A DNA stretch of 56,737 nt, the filler included, from Dugesia japonica (Eukaryota), in NCBI GenBank assembly GCA_001938525.1. It is 5 parts of 5 records of this genome, joined end to end, with 100 filler letters (N's around TTAATTAATTAA, not from the genome) between each part and the next. Parts side by side here need not be neighbours in the genome. Positions count along the whole stretch, not along the records: positions 1 to 10,683 come from MQRL01637098.1; positions 10,784 to 19,529 come from MQRL01615378.1; 3 more parts are not named here. One strand, given 5' to 3'. A model generated the notes under the pieces. It was given only the letters and a program-made list of their open reading frames with translations. It searched no databases and was not told the origin of the DNA. Of the stretch, positions 1 through 11,634 are shown one piece after another. The number at the start of each line of letters is the position of its first letter. Position 1 is the stretch's first letter. The position numbers and the translations under genes were made by a program.

Positions 1-34
1 CTTATATGAAAATCATTCGAATATTTATCAGAAG

Positions 35-1273
35 ATGAGAAACATTAGCTGCAACTATTACAATCTTCAAAATTTCCACACCAAATTTTTGCCATTTTAT
101 GGTTACTTGGGATCAATGGTTTGTATAATTTCAATTTTCACAAATGTCCTCAATGTGTTTGTATTAAATCACAAGAGAATGAAAACTCCAACTAATCTCA
201 TTTTGTTGTCACTGGCAGCTCTGGACATTGTCACGTGTTCAGTGCAATTGCCAGTATTGATAAAATTCTATATTATTGACCTACATGTTTTGATGGGATT
301 AAGTCCATGGTTTAACGATTGGGGTTGGGTATTCTATTATTTGTTCAGTTCAAATGTTTCACTTATATCTCATAATACTTCTGTTTGGCTTGGATCAGCC
401 TTGGCAGTTTTCAGATATCATATTGTTAGACAATGCACCATTTCATCGATATTACGATATCGTGCTACTCAAGAAAAACGTCGAGCATTTACGATAATTT
501 TTATTTGCCTAATTTTTAATATTCTTCTCATAATTCCTTATTTATTCACTCAAACAATACAAAACAAAGTAAAACAGCAAATCGATTCGAATTCATCAAA
601 TGAACATTTTCAATATCAAGCTAGTCGTTATAAAAAAATGCCTATTTTAGATATTTACAGTTTTTGGATGGTGTCAATACTAGATAAACTTATCCCGTCT
701 ATTATAATGGCAGTTTTTATTGGAGCTCTTTTACATAGTATGGCTCGAAATGAAGAAAGAAAACGATCTTTAGTGTTCGAACGTTTATCCACCAGTAATA
801 TCACTAGAAAAGGACACAAAAATCATCATCGAGCAACCCGATTACTCGTTGTTATTGTTATTATTATTCTTTTAGCAGAAGTTCCTCACGCTATTATGCA
901 ATTCATGTCTCGATTACATAACAACAGCTATTGTGTTTATATTTACTTGGGAGATATAATGGATCTACTATCTTTATGTAAGAATTCCATCACATTTGTG
1001 CTTTATTGTTTGATGTCTTCAGATTTCCGTAAAATTTTTACTTATTATTACATGAAATGTCGATGCATTCAACAACATCGGTTTTCATGGTCAAAAAATG
1101 ATTTGGAACAACAATCTTCAGTTAATGATTTCTGTACGTCAATATTTCATCATAATTTTCAAACAATTCCACATTTCATTAAACAAAATAGATTGATTCA
1201 AAGATCAACTTCAGTTCCAGTTAAAGAGACTTTTAATTTGTTACAAGATTATCAAACTTCTTCAATTAAATAG
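35..1273 (+). CDS. Rhodopsin-family 7TM neuropeptide GPCR, myosuppressin/FMRFamide/sex-peptide-receptor-like, intronless
   Basis: 412-aa ORF with seven hydrophobic segments. Motifs: TM1 N (FTNVLN), 'MKTPTNLILLSLAALD' in TM2, FRY in place of DRY, TM6 'AEVP', TM7 'TFVLYCLMSSDFR', all typical of DmsR/FMRFa-R-like receptors. Confidence 0.9.
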   Translation: MRNISCNYYNLQNFHTKFLPFYGYLGSMVCIISIFTNVLNVFVLNHKRMKTPTNLILLSLAALDIVTCSVQLPVLIKFYIIDLHVLMGLSPWFNDWGWVFYYLFSSNVSLISHNTSVWLGSALAVFRYHIVRQCTISSILRYRATQEKRRAFTIIFICLIFNILLIIPYLFTQTIQNKVKQQIDSNSSNEHFQYQASRYKKMPILDIYSFWMVSILDKLIPSIIMAVFIGALLHSMARNEERKRSLVFERLSTSNITRKGHKNHHRATRLLVVIVIIILLAEVPHAIMQFMSRLHNNSYCVYIYLGDIMDLLSLCKNSITFVLYCLMSSDFRKIFTYYYMKCRCIQQHRFSWSKNDLEQQSSVNDFCTSIFHHNFQTIPHFIKQNRLIQRSTSVPVKETFNLLQDYQTSSIK

Positions 1274-1730
1274 ATTCGATAGAAAATTTTTTTTATTAAT
1301 TCTTTAAATTTTACATTTTGATTGGTAATTAATGATTTCATAAGGGTAAACACAACTTTAAAATAAATACTTATTTAATCGTAAATAGTAAAGCTCCTAT
1401 TGGTTGCCGAATTGTTAACAAAAAATTTTAACCCTTAGAAGCCTGATTTTCCAAATTAAATTAAAAAAATATCAAGGTATTTATTGCAGTAGCCAGATAA
1501 AGGGAAAAATAATTGAATAATTTTTTTATATATTTATTTCGAAAAAAAGAGCATTATGTAATGGTAACATACATTTGGTAAACATACATAACATACATAA
1601 TGGTAAACGTAGCATCTGGAGACACTACGCAGGCTTACGAATAATTTGGATTTGTATTTAATTTGCGACTCGTACAAGTANNNNNNNNNNNNNNNNNNNN
1701 NNNNNNNNNNNNNNNNNNNNNNNNNNNNNN

Positions 1731-2000
1731 TAGACGAAAATGAGGGAGAAAACTCAATTGATGTCCATTCTGTTCAATCAAATTTGTTATCGTTTCGTTT
1801 TTTTTGCCCATTATTACAGTCAAATATTAAAAACCATCCCATTGCAAGTGGACAATTCGATTTTAAAGTTCAGTATCAAATTTGTAACTTAGGGCATTTA
1901 AGGGTTAATCAATTTTGTTTATAACCGAGTAATCTTATTTCACGATGAATCAATAGCTTTCTGAATGCTAAATAGAAAATATTTTTGTGTAATCGTTTAC
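1731..2000 (-). mobile_element. Possible Tc1/IS630-like transposase remnant
   Basis: 'NLIEQNGHQLSFLPHF' resembles the 'LIE..GH.L.FLPPYSP' segment before the catalytic E. It is cut by an N gap. Confidence 0.3.
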
Positions 2001-2399
2001 AAATTATGCTATAAATACACTTCATTACACTTAAAAGTTTAAGAAGTGAATTGTGACAATATAATTCTAACCTGATAATAAATTGCTGGATTTTGATTGG
2101 ATCCACATAATATAAAAATTAATTTATACATACCAAAATCTTATTAAAAGTTTAATAATATTATAGAAATCTAAAAAGGTAAGAAAAATAAATCAACACA
2201 CAACAACCACAGTCAAACATACACAGTTTTATCAAAAACCTAATAAGTTTATAAAAGTTTAATAGCTAACATATTTAAAGATTTTTAAATAATTTTTGAA
2301 AATTTAGAAAATATTTCAAGTGCGATTTCTGATTTAACAGAACCCCAAAGACTGCTAAAAAGCTGTTCAAAGTAATTTTTTAATTCATTTATTACATTT

Positions 2400-2870
2400 T
2401 AACAGGATTTCTGCTGTAAACAAAGATTAAGAGGAAGAAGCTTCAGTGGTGATAAGGATTATATTCAAGTGCCAACTCAACTGGACTAAAATATTTCAAT
2501 AGGAATCAAAGGATAATTTATTTTTTTGGTACACCAGGGGTTCATCAACCAAGTGTTATAAATGAAATTTATGCCTGACCTTTCGTTAAAATTAGATGCA
2601 AGTGAATATTACTTCATTCACAATAATGCATCTAGTCATAATTATGCCCTTACAACAGATAATCAAAAGGTCCTTCATCAACTACTTTCAAGTCCATTCC
2701 TAAACACAATAGAAAATTACTTCTCACTCTACATAAAATTCTGACCAACAATTTGGATTTAGACTCAAGTTCAAAATTCAATCAAATCAGAACAGCAATT
2801 TTCCAAGAAAAAAATAAAAATATGAGTTTAAAATGTTATTATAATAGCATAAAAACTTACTACCCAAGAT
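2400..2870 (+). mobile_element. Tc1/IS630-like DDE transposase remnant
   Basis: ORF 2562-2744 has 'YFIHNNASSH...SSPFLNTIENYFS', matching the DNA..H and YSP.LNPIE..FS motifs. Degenerate. Confidence 0.7.
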
Positions 2871-4169
2871 ACTTATTGTTAAAAGATATCTCATAAAAAA
2901 TATAATTTTCTTTTATTTCTTTTTTTCTAATATAATTAAATCTAAAATGTTTCACATAAATATATTTTATTATTAAAAATTTAACTCAGTAATTGTTAAA
3001 ATCCATTGAAAATAAATTTACATATAAAAAAAAATAAATAATAAAAAAGTTACAAAATTAATCAACGTAGCTATTAAACTTATAACAGTGTAATTATTGA
3101 TTTAATAAATTCAAACCCTAATTTGATTGATAAGTTAATTTTTAAATCTACAGTGCCGTGTAAAATAAAATTCAATCGAAAGAATATTTTATTTCCGTTA
3201 AAATAAATAATAAAAGAGCATTTTCATATGAAAATATAATTATTATTTATTTTGCAGTTTGAAGAATTTTTTTGATAAATTATGTCATAAAATCGAGTGC
3301 CTGCTCAGGACATGGAAATATAATTCGTCGGAATTAATTGCAAATAATAAATATTTTATTCAATGGCGTTCTTTTATTTTTAGTAATAATATTTTCTCTA
3401 CTTTTCAAAAACATTTTTTCTTTATTGAGAATGGAAGTTTTTATTCTTTACATCTCGTATTAAAAGTGAATACTTAATAATCTATAGGATCATAAAGATC
3501 TAACAGTTTACTTTTTACATTTGTACTGTGGAGTTATAATAGGCTTCATCGGAGATTATTTGAACCAAGAGTCATCAACATGGTGCCATCGAAGTCATTA
3601 TTAAGTGCTCATAGCTTAAGAATTTTAATTACATAGTTAAAAAATAAATGCTTTTTATTGTAAAGAATGATTTCAAAAAAATTTCTTCTTAAAAATACCA
3701 ATTGAATGCAATGCAGTGCCTCTAGTGGTAATTTTTATACTACATATAATAGATAAAGTGTGTAGCTATTCATCAACAGTATGCAAGAGTCAGATGTTTG
3801 ATTACGCATAGTATTTATTAGTGAGTATTTAGGTTTGTAGTAGATTTTGTTACAAAATGAAATTAAGGGTTAAGAAATAGTAAAACAAGACAACCGATCA
3901 AATACATTTTTATCCAAAAGTGCTCGTCAAAAAAGTGCCTTATTAAAAAATATCTTCCTAAAAAATCGGAAGAAGTTCGGAAAAGAAAATTTTAACAACA
4001 TGATGTAATAGAGTTTTCTAATAAGAAAAAGATACCGATATTAGAAGGGTCCAAAAAAGGTCTTAAAGAAACAAGCCAATAAGAAGCCAGAAAATAAATA
4101 AATAAACAAAGTAACTGGAATAACAAGGTGTCCTAAAAATAGGCACCAAATCGTAGCAATTTTAGACCT

Positions 4170-5313
4170 AGTGCCAATAAGAGGCGTCACGTTAACCCTT
4201 ATAACAGGGACCTGACGTGTTAGCTGATCACACCAACTTACCGCACGTTGAGGCACTGGTGGAGCGAATACAGAATTTTGGTGAGCGGCGAAACTACTAT
4301 TCATGGTATGTTCCCCTGCAAAGCTTAGTAACTCGCTTCACGTATTGGCCATCACCAGCTCCACCCGGGGTAAGAGCCGGGATAAATAATTTGTTATGGA
4401 GTGTCCGGGATTCGAAAAATACAGAAAATATCGAAAATATTGAGAACACTCAGATCCCTGAAAACTAATCTTATTGGTGTCATATTTTTAATAAATGTCT
4501 CTCCGTTAAACTCATGAATAAATCCTGTTTTAGACTAAATTAAGCATTCTCGAAATTAATTTTATTTTTGTGCAATAAATTGGTTGATCGCTAAAATTTT
4601 TAGTGACAATTTTTTCTTTATAAATCCTTCTGTTTTAATCTAACTATTAACCACACTAGAGTGGTATCTAATCGTCAACGATGTTTTCTATTTAGTGGTC
4701 AGAATACGTCTTCCTAATAGCCTGCGATGATGTTATAGGTTGATCCAGAAACTACTGATGGAAAGTCACTTTGCTAAACGTAATGAGCGCGCTTTATTGC
4801 GTCACCTAACCCAACGAAATCGTTTAATTGAAAAATTAGATTTAATAGTTAAGAAACCAGGAGCATTGGCCGAACGCACCAGACAGATACTCAAAAATAA
4901 AATTAACTTTCTGAACAGGTACATCGCTGACTTGTCCTCCCAATTAGAGCTCGGGTCATGGACAAAATGGAACAGCGATGACGACGAGGACGCATTCGAT
5001 TTACTGAATGACGAGCCGCCCCAGTGACTTGATCCGGGTGCATTAAATTATATCTAATTAAAGTCTGTCGTGATGTAATAGATTTTTCTTATGCTGTAGT
5101 TATTGATATAATAAGTGAAGTATTTAAATTGGGGAATATTGAACCCGAAATAAAGGTGTATGAGTGTGTACTTCAAATAAGCGTTTGAAGTCAATTGTTC
5201 TGCACTGACAACCTAAATAGGGGCTTTAGGTAAATTCTTGAAAGGGTCCCCTTAAGGCTGTCTTTTCCCCCGGCCACATTTTTTTTCTAAACCAAACTCA
5301 GGTGGAACCCCAA

Positions 5314-5315
<2 letters not shown>
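4170..5315 (+). mobile_element. Unclassified multi-ORF element, family 1, copy 1 (ORF B, ORF D, structured terminus)
   Basis: ORF 4217-4468 is homologous to 26523-26876. The exon 4696-5057 is homologous to 9571-9953 and 25670-25997. The terminal module 5131-5315 is homologous to 9319-9505 and 27761-27940. It ends CCCCAACA directly against (TTA)n. Confidence 0.85.
4696..5057 (+). pseudogene. Family 1 ORF D (basic coiled-coil protein with acidic W-x-x-D-D-D-x tail), decayed
   Basis: Begins tttag|TG GTC AGA. Two in-frame TGA sit at codons that are R and W in the other copies. The true end 'LDPGALNYI*' matches 'LDPGALDLI*' of copy 2. Confidence 0.75.
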
Positions 5316-5363
<48 letters not shown>

Positions 5364-5413
5364 NNNNNNNNNNNNNNNNNNNNNNNNNNNNNNNNNNNNN
5401 NNNNNNNNNNNNN

Positions 5414-5464
<51 letters not shown>

Positions 5465-5485
5465 TTATTATTTTTATTATTATTA
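5316..5485. repeat. (TTA)n microsatellite
   Basis: Directly visible, interrupted by an N gap. Confidence 0.95.
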
Positions 5486-6379
5486 GAAAATTAATAAAGT
5501 CATTTAAAATGAAACTTTATTGTTATATATTTCGACGGATCAACAGATAAAAATGAGTTTATTTAACATATATTATTTAAACAAAGATTTAAGCAATTAT
5601 ACTGCATCGATGGTTATAATTCTTAATTTTAGAAAATTCTTTTATATATTGTTTTATATATTTTTTAAAAATTTTTCAATAAAAAATTAAATTAAAATAT
5701 TTTTTTAAAATTACTGTATTTTAAATTTATAAAATTGAATACGTTTTTCCAAAACTATACAATAATTAAAATTTACAATTATTTTAAAAAATAAATTTCA
5801 AAACCTCTAGAAACCTATAAAAACATGAACATATTAAAAAATCAAAAATTGAAAGAATTTTTTATATCTGAAAAATTTTAATCAATTAAGTCGAATGAGC
5901 TGCCTGTACATTAATACTTGGATTATGAAATCTAATCATTAACGCCTCATACAACACTCTCTCCCAGTAATTTTTAAATTGCTTAGACAAAAGTTGAAAA
6001 TTTTAAATTTCAACATTCGCATTTCAATTACTGTTATTTTTATATTTATGCTCAGCAATATTACTACCACCACCAAAACGATTATGCTATTGAACCCTTG
6101 TACAAAGATGACGGGCAGTCTCTCCATTGTATGTGGCATCACACCCATTGCATTTAAATTGATAAAAAAGATTAGAACACAAACCAATTAGTGTATGGGA
6201 TTTATTAACAAAGCTTTACAATCTTATGAGAAGTAGAGACAATTTTCAATAAAGGAAGATACTTAGCAGCTTTCAGAATCAAGTGATTAAAAATTTTAAA
6301 ACTTTCAGAATAAAGAATCGATAAAACAAATGGATCAATACAGTTTGATAAAGTGTCATCTGATTCATAATATTACAAC

Positions 6380-7640
6380 CTTTTTCAGTCTTTTTTTTAT
6401 ATCGAAATCAATGTTTTGTCAATTGTCTGTGAAGTCAATGAATTTAAAAATTGTTTAATATATCTATCCAACCAACTCTAATTTCTCTCGACACCCGAAT
6501 TTTAATACCCACTTCTCCATTATTGCTATCCTTATGGTATATTCATCTTGTCTTGCTATTGCTATCAAGGCTACATACTTACTGTATGAATCTATTATAA
6601 CGAGAACATCATTTTTGACCTCTTGTCTTCTGCATCTACACACATCTATAAATAACAATTCAAACATTTCGGCTGGTTGTGTCTTTTTCGTTTCTGCTTT
6701 CATTTGTATTGTCAACACTTTAGCTTTCTGGCATGTTATACAGCTTCAAAAAACCTCTTGTACTTTGCTCCACAATTATTTTGCGTTATGTTTATGCTTT
6801 ATATACGCTGTTACGTTTTTTGCACAAGAATGACATAATAGATTGTGTATCTTTATTAAAATCTCTTCTATTTTATGATAGGGTATCCATGTTCCTTCAT
6901 CATTTTCTTCAAAATTGTCTTGCTTCTCTTGGATATTTACTGTATTTAACATCCTTCTTTTTAATTTTCCATTTTTGAAATCTTCATATGCCATTAGTCA
7001 TTGTGTACATTTATCACATTCATTCCTTGACAACTTATCTGTATTCGTATGAAGTTATCCTTTTCTATACTCCAATTTTATATCTAAACTGCTCAAGTAA
7101 TTAATTCAAGTTTGAAACTGTGATGTGATTGTTGTCTTGACATTTAGCATAAAAGTGATAGCTTTATGGTCTGTTCTGAGGATAAATCTCTTGCCGTATA
7201 ATGATGTTTGAAATTAATACAAAAGTAGTGAATTGCGAGTAATTCTTTTCGCGTAGTACAATATCCTTGTCATTGNNNNNNNNNNNNNNNNNNNNNNNNN
7301 NNNNNNNNNNNNNNNNNNNNNNNNNGCAATTACTCTTTCTTGTCCATTGTTGTTCCTTGGAGATAGTACTGGACCAATCGTGTCGAAACTCGCATCCGTG
7401 TCCAAAATAAATTCTTTATTTATACCTGGAAAACATAATATTGGAGACATCANTAGTGCTTCTTTCATTCCATTAAAAACGTCTTCTAATTCATTCGCCC
7501 ATTCAATTTTCTTGTTACTCGACCCACTACACAGTTGTTCCAAAAATCTAGCTTTTTTCGAATAATCTTTAATAAACTTGCGATAGTAATTGCAAATGCC
7601 GAGAAAACGTCTCATTTTCTTAACGCATTTTAGTTTACCA
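6380..7640 (-). mobile_element. Gypsy LTR retrotransposon pol remnant (RT connection, RNase H, integrase)
   Basis: 'RRFLGICNYYRKFIKDYS', 'FILDTDAS', integrase zinc-finger 'HNLLCH', and 'VIIDSYSKY...EKWVLKFG'. Frameshifted. Confidence 0.9.
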
Positions 7641-9570
7641 AATATAATATAATATAAAATTAAAATATAAAATTAAATGAATCAATTGTTTTTAGTATTG
7701 AAATTTAAAATTAAAATATTTAGCATTTTCCGTTTTTAAACGAATTTTTAAGTTTGTTTGAATAAAACAAACTTATTTTTACAGTTTTTATTTGAAATAA
7801 ATTTTAATATGGAGTCGAATTTTGATGTTGATGATCCGATGAGTACTCAAAACTCATCTAACACTGTCTATACATTGTTTAAAGGACTACTATTAAAAAC
7901 ATTCTTCATTCTCACTGAAACGAGTGTGCAGAACTAAGTTACTTATAATGGTAATAGTTATGGTTATAATTATAAAAAATCTTTAATACTTGAACACTAC
8001 GTTTTAATCTTTTTGATTCCATGGACCAGCAATAAACTTTTCACAATTTTTGTGGACAATTAACACCAAACAAGAGATCATATTCGTTTATGTAGTGAAG
8101 TCCATGTAAACGAAGGAGAGCCGACGCCGCTACACACCACGTTTAATAATAATAAGTTTTTATTGAAATGTAATGAGACTCAATCGTTAATAGCATTTGA
8201 TTTTGTGTAATTATAATAAACAATATTATTTGCAAGAATTTTACGTTGTACAACCAGTGTACGCTCTCGGTTTCTCTCCTCCTTGAGAGTGCTGTAACTG
8301 CCCATTTGNNNNNNNNNNNNNNNNNNNNNNNNNNNNNNNNNNNNNNNNNNNNNNNNNNNNNNNNNNNNNNNNNNNNNNNNNNNNNNNNNNNNNNNNNNNN
8401 NNNNNNNNNNNNNNNNNNNNNNNNNNNNNNNNNNNNNNNNNNNNNNNNNNNNNNNNNNNNNNNNNNNNNNNNNNNNNNNNNNNNNNNNNNNNNNNNNNNN
8501 GCCTCGATGGAAAATAACTTGGAAATCAATTCAACAATTTAAGTCTTGAAAACCTTTTTCGATTTAAACACATCAAAAGGTTTTTAATAAATTACATTAA
8601 TGAAACTCTTAGGTATTTATTGGTATTAATGGAAAAAATTTATTCAGCCAGTAGGTTTCTTCAGAACCAGGATTACAGTGCCAGGAATTTTCCATCCTGG
8701 GAACTTGGTGCCGGAACCGGGATTTTGAAATTTGAATTTTAAATAGTAGTTGAAACAGAATATTTATTTTTATTATTGAATTTATTACATACAATATAAA
8801 TATAAATTACATAATGCATACATAATAAATAGAAACACATCCATATGCACAATTAAATTCACAATACTCAATAAGCATAAAACGCAAAACAGTGTCAATT
8901 TCACAGTTTACATTAGGGCGTGGAAGTTCACACCTAGGATAATGTAAACATCCTGGTCTGGTACACACTTAACCACCTACTCTAATGAATTATATTTATC
9001 TTATTATTCCCATAAAAAGGTAACACCTAGTGATTCAGACTAACATAAATATACACATGCACTTCAGTCACAAAATCATATATACATACAACATATACAT
9101 CCATATACAACCAACATACATAGAATAAACAGAATATAACATTCTTTACGAATATTCTATAAATTCAATCAACATCCGATACTAAATATACAGCCAAGAT
9201 TCAATTATCAACAGATTACCAATTGATCAAACCTATTCAACTTATGACAATTATTCGCAATGTCATTTAGTTTCATTTTGATCAATGACAATTATTTTTA
9301 TTAGACTATCAATAATGTTGTTGGGGTCCCACCTGAGTTGAGTGATAAGAAAAAGGCGGCTGGAGAAAAAACAGCCCTCAGGGGAACCCTTTCAAGAATT
9401 TACCCTACCGTCCCTGTGGTAGGTTTTCAGTCTATGACGGTTGACCTTACTCTTAATGGAAGNTACACGTCGATAAACCTTTATTTCGGGTTCAATATTT
9501 TTCCCTTATTGGTATTTTTAAAGCCAAGAAATTACAATTCTGTATACAGATATTTATTACATAAAAATAT

Positions 9571-9953
9571 TTAAATTAAGTCAAGCGCTCCTGGGTCCAA
9601 CCATTGGTCTGGATCGGTCATGGAGAATTTGAACGCGGCAATGTCGTCATTATCATCCCATTGCAATATTGTGGGGTTGTTTATCTGACGGGAGAGGTCG
9701 GCAATATACTGTTTGCGAAATTCTATTTTTCTCAACAGTATTTGTTTATTTTCTGTCTCAAGTGCTTTGGTTTGGGATGCCAGATCCGTTTGTTTTCTTA
9801 CCATCAGATCTAACTTTTTTATAAGTTGGTCACGCTGAGCTAAATGTTTGAGGATGGCCTTATCTGCCTTACGTTTTAGATGCCTCTCAANNNNNNNNNN
9901 NNNNNNNNNNNNNNNNNNNNNNCGCAAACTCGTCGGAAATATGATTCTTGGCA
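9571..9953 (-). CDS. Family 1 ORF D
   Basis: Open frame apart from an N gap, beginning ttttag|TG CCA AGA ATC. Homologous to copies 1 and 3. Confidence 0.65.
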
Positions 9954-10077
9954 CTAAAATTAAGAATTACAATTAAGTGGTCAAAACCCAATTCCGAAAA
10001 AATAAACAAAATTTAGGTAATAAATGGTTTATTAAAAGTCATAACATAGCGGATAAGGTAACTCAAGAACAGCCAGT

Positions 10078-10421
10078 TTAGGTTCCTTTATCAATCATGA
10101 GAGGAGCCAGGGGGATAGCGGCCCTCAACTTCACTATATTATCTAACAATTGATTTTCTCGTTCCTGATGGGACTTGATAATGTTGGTAAAAGTCTCAAC
10201 CTGGGACTTCCACACCCGCTCTTGATTCTGGGTAGCATCCATCTCGACTTTAAAATTTAGGCATTTTCGCTTATGGCGTTTCACCTTGGCTTCTGCCGTG
10301 GTGGTCTCTGCCTCCCACCTCCTTTTGGCTAATCGATAAAGATCCCAAGTCATCTCTTTGTCATCATTCTCTTCACGTATTTTTTTGGTAGGGGCCTGGG
10401 ACCTATTTAAAGATGAATGCA
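10078..10421 (-). CDS. Family 1 ORF C, coiled-coil protein (WDLYRLAKRRWEAE)
   Basis: Open 114-codon frame beginning tttcag|TG. Strongly similar to 26114-26400 on another scaffold. AATAAA follows the stop. Confidence 0.65.
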
Positions 10422-10683
10422 CTGAAATATAAATATGCTTTTAAGGCGTTATACTTTATTCAGATTCAACTGTTATTAGAAAAGCTGTGTCGTTTAGATT
10501 ACAAATAATAATAAATGAAATTAATAAACTCAATTCCATTACCAATATAGTTATGTGGTACGATTAACAAAAATGGATACAATCAAAATCAAAATTAAAT
10601 GACTTCTCCCCGAAATCAATTCACAAGAAAATTTAGAATTAGTCATAAATCAAACACTTATTTATTTTTAACAAAAAACCAAG

Positions 10684-10783
10684 NNNNNNNNNNNNNNNNN
10701 NNNNNNNNNNNNNNNNNNNNNNNNNNNTTAATTAATTAANNNNNNNNNNNNNNNNNNNNNNNNNNNNNNNNNNNNNNNNNNNN
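10684..10783. other. Artificial scaffold-joining spacer (44N + TTAATTAATTAA + 44N)
   Basis: Identical 100-bp construct, with stops in all six frames, also at 19530-19629, 27991-28090 and 40024-40123. Confidence 0.95.
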
Positions 10784-10850
10784 AAATATAAATATAAATA
10801 TAAATATAAATATAAATATAAATATAAATATAAATATAAATATAAATATA
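10784..10850. repeat. (TAAATA)n hexamer microsatellite
   Basis: Directly visible. Confidence 0.95.
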
Positions 10851-10869
10851 TATATAATATATTTGTTAG

Positions 10870-11634
10870 ATAACCATTTTGTCGAAAATTCTAGTTCAAA
10901 TATCAATAATGAAGTAAGTTATATATTAATTTGAAATTAATTAACACATTTCATTAAGAATGATATTGAATTAAAAAATGTAAATAAAATCTTTGAAACC
11001 AATTATGAAACTGAACAAATTAATATTTTATCAAAACATTCCCAAGATATTGAACATTATCAAAAGGAAATCAATTCAAATTGCGAATTTATGAAAATAG
11101 AAAATGAAAATAATTTAAATGATGAGGAAAATGATGACATTAATTTAATAAAGAAGATGAGACTGAATGAAAATTATGAAGCCTTGGAAACAGTTGATAA
11201 AATATTTAAACAATATCCAGAGAGTTGTTGTAATAATCCTAAACGTGATATGAATTTATTAAATGATCAAGATGAAATAATTTCTGATGAAAATAATCGA
11301 AATGTTTGCTCATTAAAAACAAAGGATTCTGAATTAGAATTAAAAGAATATAAAAATGAAGAAATATTGAACTCTAATAATCTCCAAGAATTAATACAAA
11401 ATGATGTAATAAATTGTAATAATCATAATATTAATATTGATACAAAGGATTGTACGAAAAATAATGATATAACTTCAATTTCTATAGAATCTGATAGAAA
11501 TCAATTATTGATGATAGAGAAAAATTCTAGTCAAGAAAAATTGGATTTTTTAGTATGTGATAACGAAAACAAAAGTAAATCGAATTTCGCAACGGAAAAT
11601 TATTTTACCCAGTCTAAACCGATTTCTGTACAAG
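10870..11634 (+). CDS. Filamin-like gene, N/E-rich two-exon cassette copy 1 (exons 10870-10913 and 10959-11634)
   Basis: AG/GT sites, 45-nt intron, open frame ending 'PISVQ G|gt' (phase 1), which matches the phase of the filamin exon at 19249. Confidence 0.7.

Larger units (their letters stand above)
9319..10430 (-). mobile_element. Unclassified multi-ORF element, family 1, copy 2 (ORF C, ORF D, structured terminus)
   Basis: ORF C 10078-10421 and ORF D 9571-9953 are homologous to copies 1 and 3. Terminal module 9319-9505 starts TGTTGGGG after aataa. Confidence 0.85.

Noticed and set aside
5302-5550. Poly-Y/poly-I ORFs, and similar ORFs at 17.5-18.8 kb, 21.4 kb, 36.2 kb and 38.5 kb
   Set aside because: Artefacts of microsatellites and N gaps.
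5939-6191. Hydrophobic ORFs on both strands
   Set aside because: No recognisable family or splice support.
5315-9319. Inverted modules as TIRs of one transposon enclosing the Gypsy fragment
   Set aside because: Each module is attached to its own ORF array on the outer side and the two are diverged. They are two separate elements tail to tail.
9319-9505. HDV-like ribozyme, tRNA or SINE identity for the terminal module
   Set aside because: Could not thread the HDV nested double pseudoknot, a cloverleaf, or A/B boxes.
10728-10739. TTAATTAATTAA as a biological motif
   Set aside because: Always flanked by exactly 44 N on each side. It is an assembly linker.
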